From Haliotis cracherodii (lineage: Eukaryota), in contig NW_027266275.1 of the NCBI RefSeq assembly GCF_022045235.1, forward strand, positions 25,358,001-25,422,000: a stretch of DNA of 64,000 nucleotides, read 5' to 3'. The notes beneath the pieces were generated by a model. That model did not search any database and was not told where the DNA came from. It was given only the letters and a program-made list of their open reading frames with translations. This document shows, one piece after another, positions 37,120 to 51,233 of this stretch. The translations under genes were made by a program, and so were the position numbers. The first letter of the stretch is position 1, and every line of letters starts with the position of its first letter.

Positions 37120-37156
<37 letters not shown>

Positions 37157-38090
37157 GGGCATCGTTGGAAGGTGTTTAGAATGATTTTCGCTCAAGTGAA
37201 AAACATTAACCGTCGTGGATATGCTTGAATTGTTCATCTTGAAGATCGTTTATGTGGGTGGGACCGGTGGGGTAGGATACGTTTAACTTTTCTCGAACAC
37301 CTGGTACCATCTATATTTGATAGTGATTCATAAACACATGCTTATGATGTAGTCGGAATCGTACAATTAACCCTGCTTTTGGCAAAGAAATCTTAAGAAA
37401 ATATAGAAAGGGTTATTCGTAATATAATCGTAATTACTATATCCCATGTGGCCTGCTCTTGGCAGTGCCTCAGCCAGCTGTATACCCTTGTTAGACACTG
37501 ATGTAAAGTATCTTAAACTATTATTTTTATTTTGATAACAATTATTCTGGTAATTTTCCAAATCGCCGATGGACAAGTGCGACCCCATGTGATTTTTAAG
37601 CACTGAAAGTATATATATACGTAAATTACAATAAGAGATACCATTTTCATCAGTTGTTTTCGAGAACCCTGCCCAGAATGTGAAACATGTATATATATAC
37701 ATATATATATTGTTTGTATGTGCACGTGTGTGATTTTGTGTGTTTGTTAGTGTGTGGGTGTGTGCGTGCGTGCGTGCGTGCGTGCGTGCGCTCGCGCGCA
37801 TGAATGTTGTTTAATTAGGTAACTAACAAATTATCACAAGAGCATGTATCTGTTTTATAAGAGTGAAGAACGCGGTCCTTCATAAAATATATATATATAT
37901 ATATATAATATACTACTTTACACAGATAAGTGATGATCAATCACCACATTCTTAAAATACTATGACGTGTGCTCTTTTTGTTCCTGTGCACAAATATCTT
38001 AAAGATGGTATAAATTAGGCCGTTTTGTCAGGCAAGAGGAAACAATACTCAATATTGCTGTGTTGAATTTGAATCATAACATTTTTAAAT

Positions 38091-41000
38091 TTTCCCCTAT
38101 CTCACACTATGCATTTCTTTCAATATTCTTCGATCCTGATGTGGAAACGTCCTAGAACAAAGGTTTCCAACTTCAAAAACAACAATCTCCCGAACACATC
38201 CCACACATCACAAAAGCACCACTGTGAGCATGGGTCATGCACCACTGCAATCCCCGTGCAGCACGACCCCCTGCGATCTGATCACCTGACACATCCAGCA
38301 CCTTCATTCTCAGATCTATCGCCTGAAATGTCAAGACGTCACTTGACTTGACCAGAGAATAGTTTTTTTGGGTTTTTTTTTACAAGTTAAATCTACTAAT
38401 AAAACGATATGTAGCCACCACGTTCCCTTTGCTCCGACTGCCATAGTCTGTTTTCCCCCTCTCGATCACCACCTCAGTTGTTGTGATTGCCCAAACGATA
38501 GACTGATCGTAAGTTCATAGGCATCTAAGAATTCTGAGCATGGCCCTTCCTCCGTGAAGAAAACCCAAGCGACAAGTATTATCTCATGTGACTGTGCCTT
38601 CATCGTCTTGCAAGAAAGGATATAAATCTACAAAATCGGCAACAGTTACCTCGTGGTAAGATTCTTCCGTGGAGAAATATTTGCTGTCCAACTCGTTTTT
38701 GAATGCCGACATTCCCGCCTCGTGAACGGACCACGCCCCCATGCACATGACGGCTCATACAGTCGTCTCGCGTTCAACTGACCACCGGACTGTACTGTCG
38801 TCCTCAGGAGCTTTCCCTCCTTATTTCGAAGATGGGAGTCCCTTGACCATACGTTGGGAAGTCTAAACAGCCAGCAGAGGGGTGTCCCCCCCCCCCCCCC
38901 CCCCCCCCCCACACACACACACCCCAACCCGTGCGGGATTCGGCTCATCGTCGCTCCCTGCGCTCTTAGGATACAGTTACAGCTCTCCTTCGATAACCCC
39001 ATGTGAACAGGACTGGATCATTGTCATCGTAGCATAGAAACCAGCGTTCTCCGTTCTTCCAGGATTATGATGTGGACATTTCGCCCGATCCTACCTCAGT
39101 GGAGAGGTACCTACCTACAGATCAAGGCCTGACGGATCGACACTCTTCTACTCATCAACGTTTTGATACCTCAACAGATCGACACATCGATATATCGACA
39201 CGTCGTCCGTGTGTGAAATTGACCGTGAAATCAACCGTTATTACGACTTCACCTGCCCGACACAGGGATCGTCATCATTCACAAGATTGTAATTCTTCCA
39301 TGGAACAACGTTTTTTCCGGGATAAATCAGGCCTCTCATCGTGAATCGGATCGTCACTGCTCTCGAGATAGACGACATTAAAGAGAACGTGGGAGGGATG
39401 ACAGTCGTCGTAGGTCCCGGACTCATCTACGTTCTACCTCTTGTACTTATGATTATCAGGACCATAATGCTGGAAACAGTCATATCACATCGGATCGTTG
39501 TCATTCTCCAGTTCATCCTCGGTCTCCTAGTGATCGACGTCGCCAGCGATCTAGATACCGTTCTCCTTCACCTCGACGACCTCAACGCTCCCATACTATG
39601 GATCACATGGCTTCGCAGGATCGTCTTTTTCTCTTTACGTCGTGGGATCATCTCACAGATTCTGCCTCGTTCACCACCTCAAACTTTCGGACTCTTGTAC
39701 ACGCGGTGTCTTAGTCGCTAGATCATTATGGCTTCCCGTCGGCCGAGACTCCTACCTTACCTACGCCTTCTGCTACTGCATGCGATGATCCACAGTCGTC
39801 AGCCTCCTCTCAAGGTGATTATGATATCGTGTATCAGGTGGACATGCTATTCTGGACTGCTGATCAACTGGGACTCCCCTGCGGTACCTCTAAGGAGGAT
39901 CGACCAACTGAATTTGTCCCTCCTTTAACACTCTTACCTTACCACCTAAACATATTTTCACAGATATGGGCAAGAATCCTGATCTGGCTTTTGCTACTTT
40001 CCGCTGCCATAGGGACAGGTTACAAACTCCTCGCTTTAACTACTCAGACATTGGAACGCATGGTATGTCTCTGCGGCCCCAGAATTAGATGGCGACATCC
40101 ACAATATCACTCCCAATCATTCTACATTTTCTGCTATTGTGGAGGATAAAGAATTGGCTCATGTTGACCAGACTATCTGTCGCACGCTTTCCCTCCTATC
40201 AGCTGCACTCTCTACTACAGAAGCTGTTGCCATGTCAGTTGCTCGCGCCCGTTCGTCGGAAGAAGCTTATATATTCGTGGGGCCAATTTTCTGGACGTAA
40301 TGGACCTCCTGTCGCATTGTATGGGTTGCCTTACTACAGTATTTCGCTGTGGTATACTCCAATTTTGCCCTTGGGAGGACCCTTTTAAGACACGATTGTA
40401 GCAAGTCCCTTGGTCTTCCCCCTTCCTGTTCAAAAATACGATTCACACTGTCATGCAGGACGTCACAAAGGACACCCAGCTGCAAGTTTCCATTGACCTT
40501 CTCAAACTCAATAAACAGCAGCTTGAAGATAAGCAGCGCAGTACATCCCAGCCCAGAAGGATGTGCACGAGGCCTACAGCAATTGACGAGGTCCCTTTCA
40601 TGACAAGAGCTTTCATGGACGTGGCAACCATAGGACCAGACCCACCCCTTCTTTCACTACTGGGTCTGCCTCGAGTGAGTCAACCAGGCCGGTTGACTCT
40701 TCCCTCAAGTGACTTTGTACCAGATCAACACGACTGGATCCCCAGCCGTCCCCCTGTTCCACACTCCTGTAGGCGGAAGACTTTCATTTTTTACAGCCAA
40801 CTGGACTCTGCTGGGTGACCCCTTTGTAAAAAGGATTTTGACAGAAGGGTACAGATTCCCGTTAACAGCTCTGCCTCCCATCAATCTTCATCCCAGGCAA
40901 AAGGTCTACGCTGCCCGCCAACTGTCGACCATCACAGAGGTCATAGGTACGTTGATCACAAAGCATGCAATAGAATGTCTTGGTCGCGCCCCTTCTGTCC

Positions 41001-44000
41001 CAGGATTTTACTCCCCGATCTTCAGTCTTGCGAAGAAGAACAGCGACAAGTTGCTGTTGATCTTCATCATGAACGACACCAACTCACAATACCTGGACCC
41101 TCCGCCACACGACCCCGTAGCTATTCACCCGTCTTACGAAACTGGTGACAGTTCCTGCATTGCCCAGGCATTGTTTTCGAGACCTTCATAGATGACTGTA
41201 TCCATGCCTATGCCAGTTCAGCAACAGTGGTGACACATCTAGATTTTACAAGGAAGCTACTTCATCACCCTGGCTGGTTGATCAATCAAAGTCGGAGACG
41301 ATCCCAACATCTCAGCATCTCAAATTTATCGGAGCCCTTTTAGACACTCAGGTGGGAAAGATGTTTGTTCCCCAGACAGGTGGGCAAAGATACAGAGACA
41401 TGTACCATTGGCTCTCAGACAGAAATTCCATCTCTGACAGTGGCAAGAACTTCTCGGACTTCTGACGTCGGCACAAGCCCTCACCTTGCGAGGTCAATTA
41501 CACCTACGCCCACTACAGCGCTTCCGCAAGCCCCTCCTCCAGAAGGACGATTATGAGATCCAGATTCGCCTCCCGCTGAACCTCCACGATCACCTTCATT
41601 GGTGGCTTTAAGAGTTGAATGATATCGGCGAAGTCTCCTTGCTGCTGTTACACGGTATACCACCTATTCGTCGACGCCTCCACAGTCGGTAGGGGCACTC
41701 ATCTTCACAACCTACAGACTGCAGGGTGATGGTCAGAAACTTACCCATCCAGAATCTCGAATTCAAAGTGGTCATTCTCGCAAATACTCATTGGGCAGAT
41801 CTTCTACGATCGTCAGCAGTCATGATCCAATCAGACAATGCGGCTGTCGTATGGTGCATCAACAAGATGGGGTTGACCAAGTCTGCCTCCCTCCTCAGAA
41901 TGACGCTCCAGTTCTATACCCTCGTCGACTCCCTTCACATCCAAGTTCAGTCCAGGCACATTCCAGGTATCCAGAATGTGATAGCAGATGCATTATCCCG
42001 CCCAAAGCAACCATGCCCAACAGAATGGCGTCTCCACCCTCAAGTCTTCCGCTGGATCTAATGCCTCTTTCAAACACCAGACCTTGACCTATTTGCAACC
42101 CGCTTCAACAACCAGTTGGCAAGATTCATATCTCCCATACCAGATCCACTGGCATAGGATCATGATGCCCTAGCCGTATCGTGGGAAGGTCTCCACACTT
42201 ACACGTATCGTTCGACTGGCCTCCTTCCTCAGATGCTGCAAAAAGTAAAGAACACCAAATGTCTTCTACTTCTATTGGTGGCGCGCTTATGTCTGGTGAG
42301 AAGTTGGTTCACCGTCCTCATCGCCGTCGCCTATCCAGGTTACCATCCTCTTCCTAAGTGACCAGACCTCCTCTTACAACCGCACTCAGACATACTACAC
42401 CCGTCTCCATACATTCTCCGTCTTTGCGTTTGGTGCATCTCCAGAGATCTCTTGTAGCCAAGGGTTATTCTCAAAAGGTGGCAAGAACTCTTATAGAGGC
42501 GCATCGCAGATCTACTAAAGCTTTGTACGACCACAAGTGGAAGGCGTTATTACTCAGCTAGTGATGTTTCATCTCCTACTACTGCGTCTCCTCAGATAAT
42601 AGCTGAATACCTCCAACATCTCCTCTCTACTAGGAAGTTGAAGGGTTCTACTTTATCAACCAACTATTAATTGCTATTAATTCAGTCGTAGCCTCGACCA
42701 CTGGTTCCCGGGTTTCCACTGTCGCTGAGCTTCAGGCGTTAATTTGCTCTTAACACCATGTCGACCAATCATCCCATTTTAGACCTCTCAACATCATTCT
42801 GTGTCACTTGTCTTAGGACGAGTATGAAACACTTCCAGAGAAGACTTTCAAGCTCATTACATTCAAGACAGTCTTCCTCCTCGCACTGGCTACAGTGGCT
42901 CGTATTAGTGAGATTCATGCCTCAGATGTTGGTAGAGTCAATTTTGAACGTCATCAGCATGGTAAAGTCTTCCTGGGATTGCGCTGGGACTTTATTGCTA
43001 AGAATCAGCTCCCAGGACAACCAGATCGTCTATTTACCCTTCCATACCTCTCATCTCATTTTGCCCAGTTCGAGCTTTAAAGATCTACTTAAAGGCATCC
43101 CAGGCCTCCCGTCGCTTTGGGAAGCGTCTTTTCATCCCGGATGCAACTTCAGAGGTATCTCGAACCACCATCTTCTTTTGGCTGCATTCTATCATCCTCA
43201 AGGCCTACACCTTTGTGGGACTACCACCCCCGGTTGCCTCCGATCCTCATGAGACAAGGGCAGTGGCTTCCATCTTGGCGTTGCACAGTAATTACACACT
43301 CTCGGCCATCATGGAGGGATGTTTCTGGCGCTCTGATATGATCCTTGCCTCCCACTACATCGGGATGTCTTCATCACTTGGACCACTTGTCTTTGCACAA
43401 CAGCTCACAACAGCCTCACAGCGCAGATGAGGATGCCCAGCGTGCTACAAGTACCGCGTCTAGTATCCTGTATATCATGCAATAAAGTCTTCACATGATT
43501 ACAATTTTGATTATGTTTAATCAGGTTCCAAGACAGGCTCACAGAGGGAGGGTATATATACTTGTCTGTTGGGACTTTACGTCTACATCAACAGAAGCGA
43601 CCATCCGGTGTGGCCATTTGTTTAAATGGTGTCCCAATCTTCCACCTGTTCACCTCTGTCTTGCACATGTGATTTCTCAGTAGTTGTTTGAAGACCTGGG
43701 TGATAAATGGGTATCGTCGATCGTTTCCTCTTCTCGTTCTTACCTTATCCAATCTCTATGTGAGTTTGATAGGTTGACGAAGCCCAAAAAGAGGTGCCAA
43801 GCTGCTCCGCCACACATACTTGGGAGTGTATGTGTGAGGTCTGTCTTGTAGAACCTACTGGCCTGGGACGGGGTGTTTGAAACAAAACACCTCCTCCTAT
43901 CCCGGGTGAGGTTTAAGTCGTGACCGAGTCGGTGTCGACTGGCTCATGGTTACGCGGTCGTTCTTGGAACGGCGTCCTGTGTGAAACCATGGAACACATG

Positions 44001-44583
44001 ATTCCCTGATGTCATGACGTATATCTCTTGGTAGCACAAAGAGGGATTTTTGAAGCAACTCTTACACGAGTTTGTCACTAATCCTTGTACAATCCTTTGA
44101 ATTTTCCTGATTTCCTGATTAGTTCCAGCTTCATCTTGTACGTTTCACGGTTGACATCCCTACAGGCTAGGGTATCAGCGCCCCACCATCCAACCATGGG
44201 ATAAATGCATAGTCTGAGATAGGATAAGTATAAAAAATTGTACATTTTCTAATAAATTGTATATTTATATATTTATCCTATCTCACACGCTAAATGCCCA
44301 CCCAACCATCCCGGCATCACAGTTACACCAGCCTGTACGCTCTTGATTGAAAATGAGGGTGCTGGATATGTCTGGTGATCAGATCGCAGGGGTCGTGCTG
44401 CACGGGATTGCAGTGGTGCATGGCCCGTGATCACAGTGGTGATTTTGTGCTGTGTGGGATGTGTTGAAGCTTGAAACTTTGTTCTAGGACGTTTCCACAT
44501 CAGGATCGAAGAATAAGAAGAAATGTATAGTGTGAGATATGATAAGTATATAAATATACAATTTATTAGAAAATTTACAAATT
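38091..44583 (+). mobile_element. DIRS1-type tyrosine-recombinase retrotransposon, full outline but decayed
   Basis: Inverted terminal repeats 38091-38330 and 44345-44583; internal complementary region ~44200-44290. RT (GFYSPIF) from ~40750; RNase H (IQSDNAAVVWCINKMG, HIPGIQNVIADALSR); methyltransferase-like (DLFATRFN); YR (ARISEIHA, HETRAVAS) to ~43400. Many stops and frameshifts. Confidence 0.9.
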
Positions 44584-45586
44584 TGCTCGAATTATAAATA
44601 TGAGTAATATATGATAGATAATAGATATCATTCTCAACTCCCTGGGGAGTATACAACTCAAGCTGCCCAGAGGCGCTAGAAGGTTTTTACATCCAAACCA
44701 CATATCGGGTCACTTGCCCCGAGTGACACCACACGTGTTTACACACGTGTTTCGGGTGTATGTACGTATTCGTGTTTGCACCATCTGGTCATCTACCATC
44801 GGACGAGTGGGTTCTTTTGAGTGCACAGGGTGAATGTACTGTACACTAGGGGTAGTGACAACAGTGTAAAGACTTGTAAACATTGTTGATCCTAAGGCTG
44901 AATAACGACCCGGTCACTAGTGAATATGAGATAGTCATGCCACAAAAGGGTCGCGTGTGTGGTATGCATGCTAGGAACAACCACATGGGTTATAAATAAA
45001 AACACGTAAACCTTTGCCACCAACAACATATATGATTGGGAGATTTCTGTTTCTTTCGCGATTTTTGAAAGAGAATATAACTGAATCATTTTCATCTAAT
45101 CAGTATATCAAGTTCACTTGAAACAATGTTCCTTCCATCGATAAATAACCTAAAGGTACCCCACGGATTATATCTGGTTAATATAGAGAACTCTCGCTCT
45201 CAAAATATTGACTGCCCTCGTCAAGAAAGGGTCACTTTCAAATGCAAAAATAAGCAAATGTTTGTATTTCGACATGTACTGAAAGACACGTAAAAGTCAT
45301 TTGGATAGGTTTATCCATACAACATTTTGTTTATATAGACTGTAATGCCATGATCTATTATCAATTGTTTGTTAGCTATAAGTCATTTTAGCAAGTGTGA
45401 CGTTTGGAACGTGTATTTTGAAACATGTTGTTCCCGTCTTAAACGTGAATATATCCACTTATTTTTACATGAGGAAATACACGTCGCAACATGCATTGGA
45501 TCACGTTCACAGATGGCTTAATACAGGGATTGCGTACTTCGATGCTCATGATGTTCATCACTGGATTGTCTGGTCCAGATACAGGG

Positions 45587-46248
45587 AAGGGCTGAAGGCT
45601 GAGCTGTTGCATGTTGTTACAGCTGCTATTGATGAAGATGTATCCACTGTGGAGGAGCTGATAGCTGAGCTGTTGTTGCATGTTGTTTCAGCTGCTATTG
45701 ATGAAGACGTTTCTGCTGTGAAGGTGACGGCTGAGCTGTTGCATATTGTTACAGCTGCTATTGATGAAGAATTGTCCACTGTTGAGGAGCTGAAGGTTGA
45801 ACTGTTACATGTTGTTACAGCTGCTACTGATGAAGAATTGTCCACTGTGGAGGAGCTGAAGGCTGAACTGTTGCATATTGTTACAGCTGCTATTGATGAA
45901 GAATTGTCCACTGTGGAGGAGCTGGTGGCTAAGCTGTTGCATGTTGTTACAGCTGCTATTGATGAAGATGTTTCTGCTGTGATGGTGATGGCTGAGCTGT
46001 TGTATGTTGTTACAGCTGCTATTGGTGAGGATGTTTCTGCTGTGATGGTGACGGCTGAGCTGTTGCATGTTGTTACAGCTGCTATTGGTGAAGAATTGTC
46101 CACTGTAGAGGAGCTGATGGCTAAGCTGTTGCAATGTTGTTTTACAGCTGTCGATGACGATGTATCTGCCGTGAAGGTGATGCTGAGCTATTGCATGTTG
46201 TTACAGCTGCCGATGAAGATATATCTACTGTGGAGGAGCTGAAGGCTG
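45587..46248. repeat. Diverged 63/66/69-bp minisatellite (~10 units) at the 3' end of ARRDC copy 2
   Basis: Homologous, inverted, to the first diverged units at 21038-21290. Confidence 0.93.
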
Positions 46249-49200
46249 GGCTGTTTGTCCCCAGTTGTAGTAAGCGTATACTGGAGCATAGTTCATGTCT
46301 CCTTTGGTATACTCGGTGTCATCATCATCCTTTATGTTCACTGTGCCAAACGCACTCTCTGAGAAAGATGGAGGTGCTGAAACGACAAATGACGCAATTA
46401 CTTTTCAGGTGGCAAAATCAAACGGACTAAGGAAGAACACGCTGTAGCAAACATTAAGGCATGAATCTCTAGTTAATATATACAAAGTAGAGGAGGGTTC
46501 AGTTGGGGGTTTTTTAAATATGGCGAGGTTGCAAACTACACATAAATGTACATGACAAAACACTTGATAGAGAGACTGAATGGCTTGGTGTTCCCGTAGC
46601 CTTCGTTTCTTACAATTAGCCGATATGTTTTTATTAAGGGCATCCAAAGTACACTGGGGATACAGTGAAAAGGAACTGAAAATGTCTACGGGGAAATATA
46701 TATTTCTGTTTTTAAACAATGTAGCGAATTTCTTGTATTGAGTTCTGCTCACACAGTTAAAAGGTATAATATATAATAGTATATAACAGCATTCGTCTTT
46801 GACACACATAAAACGTTTTGTTTAGTGTATTTGCATAGGAAGTGGTTGTAGATTTGAGGAAGTATTATGATGACAAGAAGACAAACGGAACTCACGCATT
46901 GATGTTACAGGTGGGGCAGAAGCATGTGCCCCTCCCTGGTAAAGCTGGGACTGGCTGGGACCCTGCAGCGGAGGAGCAAACCCGTACTGCTGCATTGTTG
47001 TCCTCAGTGGGATTGATCCGATGATCAGCCTGAGCGGTACTTCCAACTGGAATGCGGGCCCAGCGGGACTAACACAGAACTGAAACAGAACAAACAATAG
47101 TCCATAGATCCTAGACATAAAGGTTATATGATAAGGCCATAAAGGACAGTGAAATGTATTGCGCAAACAACAAATTTGCAAGCACTATTGCACGTATACT
47201 AGCTACATGGATCTAAAACAGTGTCCTAAAATGGTTTATTGCCATAACAAGCAAGTAAAACTGTAGGACAAGTTATACGCTCATGTATATGGATAACAAA
47301 CAAAAAATTGACATCAATGCAAGAACAGTTACCTTCACATAGTACTCAATTACAATTATTCTGCATCCGTGAAGTTTAGATGGCGGCACTGGTGGTATGG
47401 GTAGAAGGTCTCCATTCCAGGTATCTGAGTCTCCAGGAAGAATTTCTCCGTGGGATATTTCCCCTATTTTCTGGAAGACTGTTCGTGTCTTTGTTGTTGC
47501 TCGATAAAAACCAACCTAAAACACAAAACTCAGTTTCAAAACCTTAAGAGAATAACATCAATCAATGAAATACCTAGATCTTCAACGAGCAAAATATACA
47601 CATCGACGTCATGGTTGAACGTAAACACGTCTAATTCTGTTCACACAATTCTTACTAACCATGTACAATTCAGCGTATGATCTCGCCATCCTCCTGTTGC
47701 TGTGGTTGATGATCTCAGCTTTGATAGGAATAGATTCCCCCGGAACATAACCACATCGGTCAATTTGAAACGTGCAGCTGATGGGTCCAGATTTGCAGCA
47801 TAAGCAACACAAGTTTTTTTCATTTTGTCCCCGTGAACCTTCCTGCAAACATAAATCATCAAGTGATGCATTAAATTTTCTCTTTCGTTGAGCACATTTC
47901 CAAACGCTATGCTGCAATATCCTGCTGACACATGAACAAATAATCATGATTTTTATAACCACAATCAAGGATCATTATGAAATAGTAGAAGCGACGAATT
48001 AAATTTAATAATTTCACGAAGAAACTTTCGCCTACCGCAGCTCCAGGTTCTGTGTTGAGGTCGAGTAGATTGACAACTGTAAAAGCCCTTTTTGTTGTGT
48101 GGTCGAACTTCCATGGTTTGTCAATGGTACCATTAAGCCAGTATCTTATCCTCCCCACCGAACCCTCAAACGAGGAGGGTAGTTCGTTTGGCAGCTGGTA
48201 TCGAAAGGGGTATGTATAACTTCCACTGGATAGAGTAGGGTTGTCTCCCCCTTGTCCCGACGCTGCAATATACCAACAATAAATATTTAGTGATCCTTTG
48301 TTGTACGTACATGGTAGCAAGGAGGACAACAATGCCTGTTTCTAACTTGTAAGAGTAATCTGATAGCGATAAATATCATATTTGTCAATATAACTGTATT
48401 TCTCAGTCGAGATATGGAGGTCATTTCCAGGCTAAGGCTTTTTTATATTGTTTTTGGCTATAGATATACACTGATTTATTGTCGAAAAAATACGCATCAC
48501 CGATACGTTGACTACTCTCCTCTCAACATCTATTTGTTACATCTTTCGACATGCATTTACATGATGACATACATGACCAAGGCGGATACAGCTTTTTTTA
48601 AAAAGGGGGGGGGGGGGCACAATTAAGATCTATTTATTGTCTTTGGTGGTAATTTATACAGAAATAAAGATTTTTTCGAAATAAAAAGGGGGGGGGGGGT
48701 ATCTTTATCCGCCCATGCATGTAACCTTTATACCAATAAAGGTGTTGTTGTGAATAAAGCCCAAGTACAAATTATTGTTAACTCCTCCCAGAACTCAGTT
48801 CTTATCACTGTTGGGCCATTGTTAAGTACAAATGAACAGAGATTCTCATATCCAATTGCTGAACTTTATTCAAACAATACCTTCACATCAACCCGACACA
48901 ATTTCATATTCAACTTGTGTGTGAATCTTGTGATGCTTTGAGGAGAACAATCATCCCTGTCACTTATCTGTACACTGTTTTGTGAGACTGCGTTAATGGC
49001 CATGTAAAAATTTTATTGCTGCTGTTAAGAAAAACACTGTTGACTCCAAATTGACCCGTGAAGATTCCGGGGTAGAATAGGTCTTCAGCAACCCATGCTT
49101 GCTGTAAAAGTCGACTATGCTTGTCGGAAAAGGCGACTAACGGGATCGGGTGGTCAGGCTCGCTGACTTGGTTGATACATGTCATCGATCCTAATTGCGT

Positions 49201-50043
49201 GGATCGATGCTCATGATGTCAATCACTGAATTGTTTGGTCCAGACTCGATTATTTACAGACCGCCGTCATATAGCTGGAATATTGCTGAGTGCGGCGTTA
49301 AACAACAAACCAACCAACCAACCAAATTGACAAATATGTGTCAACAAGTGTAGTTAATTATGCATGTATATAATTTCGGAGGCCTTGAACACACACAAAA
49401 TATCCTGACCTGAACCTTGACACGCAATTTAGTCATCCGATCTCACCACTCGGCAATGTTTTCACCATGCACATGCATGTCCTTATGTATTTGAGACCGC
49501 CTCCGTGGTCTTGTGGTAGAGCGTCCGCCCGGAGAGCGGAAGGTCCGGGGTTTAAAGATGGTACTTGTTGTTACCCTGTCTGGCACTCGGCATTAAGGGG
49601 CTAAAACAAGGACTGGTCGGCTCGGAGTCAGTATACTGTGTCTGAGTGGGGTATTCATGTTAAACTGCGGCATGGTATCTCAGTGAGCTAGCACTATAAA
49701 TCGGCATCAGTCCGGAGTAGTACAAGCAGCCACACACACACGTACATGCACGTCGCTATATAAGTGCAATAATCTTGGACGCGACGTTAAACCCAATTTC
49801 ACCTCACTTCACCTTATGTATTTGACATACGTTTGCCAGTGTCTGATTCCATGATAGGAAACACACTGTATACAATAAGTGACGTGGCATTTATACCTTT
49901 CCCAAATAACACCAGTTCATGGTTGAAGTACGTCTCGTGAGCTGAGTAGTACCTCGTGACAGTCCGCCTGTGCTTCCCCGATCCCGTGCTATGCCTTTCC
50001 GACCATCTCACAATAGCGCCACCGTAGAATTGAAGCCTAATGC
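46225..50043 (-). CDS. ARRDC: Alpha-arrestin / arrestin domain-containing protein, copy 2 (exons 2-7; exon 1 not visible)
   Basis: complement exons 49897..50043, 48036..48262, 47660..47842, 47333..47515, 46896..47079, 46225..46376. Same lengths and phases as copy 1 except +12 nt in exon 2; no internal stops. Confidence 0.92.
48580..48715. mobile_element. Small MITE-like relic
   Basis: ggcggata...tatccgcc inverted ends enclosing poly-G tracts; absent from the paralogous intron. Confidence 0.45.
49053..49325 (+). mobile_element. SINE-like family B, full length (non-tRNA structured head, (caac)n tail)
   Basis: gacccgtgaagattccggggtagaataggtcttcag...gctggaatattgctgagtgcggcgttaaacaacaaaccaacc; flanked by ccaaattgac on both sides. 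Other copies at 27975, 28295, 33178 and ~45500. Confidence 0.85.
49495..49811 (+). mobile_element. SINE family A with small internal deletion
   Basis: 14-bp TSD ccttatgtatttga at 49481-49494 and 49812-49825. Confidence 0.92.
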
Positions 50044-50098
50044 CTGAAAAGAAGGACAAATTTTCTTATCGTGTATCAATAGGTCCCCGTGAACCTTA

Positions 50099-50414
50099 CC
50101 GTATTCGACGTAATAAGCGCCCAGTTTGCTCTCAAAAATAGAAATAGGAGGCTCTTATTAGAATATTAGAGTTGAAAGATCGTAAATTTCGTGGTTTATG
50201 CTGACAGCCTGAAACGTTTATAATATACGACAGATAAATTTTTCCACAATTTAATTCTCCACAATTAAGGGCCCATATAACACACGAGTGGGTATTATAC
50301 ACGAATAAATAAGTCTTGTATACATTGATCAATCGGAAGGCGTGCTAATTGGGATTGTTCACTTGCCAATACATTTGCAATTATCGCCGTGGGCGCTTAT
50401 TACGTCGAATACGG
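50099..50414. mobile_element. Tc1/mariner-superfamily (pogo-like) MITE
   Basis: Perfect 24-bp TIRs ccgtattcgacgtaataagcgccc with TA on both sides. Confidence 0.88.
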
Positions 50415-51233
50415 TATTTGATTTACATGTTTTAGTTGACCTCTACACTCAACAGTTGAACCTGTAGGAGCACGTTGAAATGCACTATTCAGTAGGCCGC
50501 CTTAACACAACCATATGTAAATAATAATTCGACTGGAACCGTATTAAGTAATACAAAGTCCAACCAGACCGATTGAAGTCCTCACGAGATATATTTGAAA
50601 ACTTAAACAATTGAATTCTTATCTCACGATCTTTTCTGTCGTGTTGGTGTCACATTAACAGTCAAACTACTTTTGCGGTGTGAAACATTACGATTTACCT
50701 GTAAACTATTTCCCTCTAGTAACAGCGTTATGGTGAGAGATATTCATGCATTGTATATGCAAACATGAGCACGTGAACGGTGGGTCGAACGCACTCTTTT
50801 ATAGACTCTTTGAAGACTATGTAAGCACGATTAGGTTCTGACTCATATCTCCCCCTTATTGTGTAGTGAGCAGAAAATTGTCCTTGCTCACGTCAGGCTG
50901 CATGCTTCATGAGCATGACGTATTGTTGATCATATCTGAATTCAGAACGTGAACGGGTAACTTTCATTGTATTGTGATGTTTACCTACACTTTAAAATAC
51001 CCCTTCGACTATTGGTAGTTGTTGGTCTTTAAAAAGCCATCGTAACCACGACAACGAAACGTTGCATACAATTTTTATACAATCTCTTTTTCCTCACACG
51101 ATACACCTGATGAGGAAAATGTATATATGGTCTGATGATTTGTACATCCTGTATAAAATCAAAGTAAAAAGAATGAACGCATGCGATAGTGTTTGAATCG
51201 TTGATCCATTTATATATGACAACCTTCCCATTG

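Noticed and set aside
45820-45860. ctgatga hammerhead-like core in the minisatellite (also 8087, 51107, 52546)
   Set aside because: No correctly placed stem II, GAAA and NUH site.
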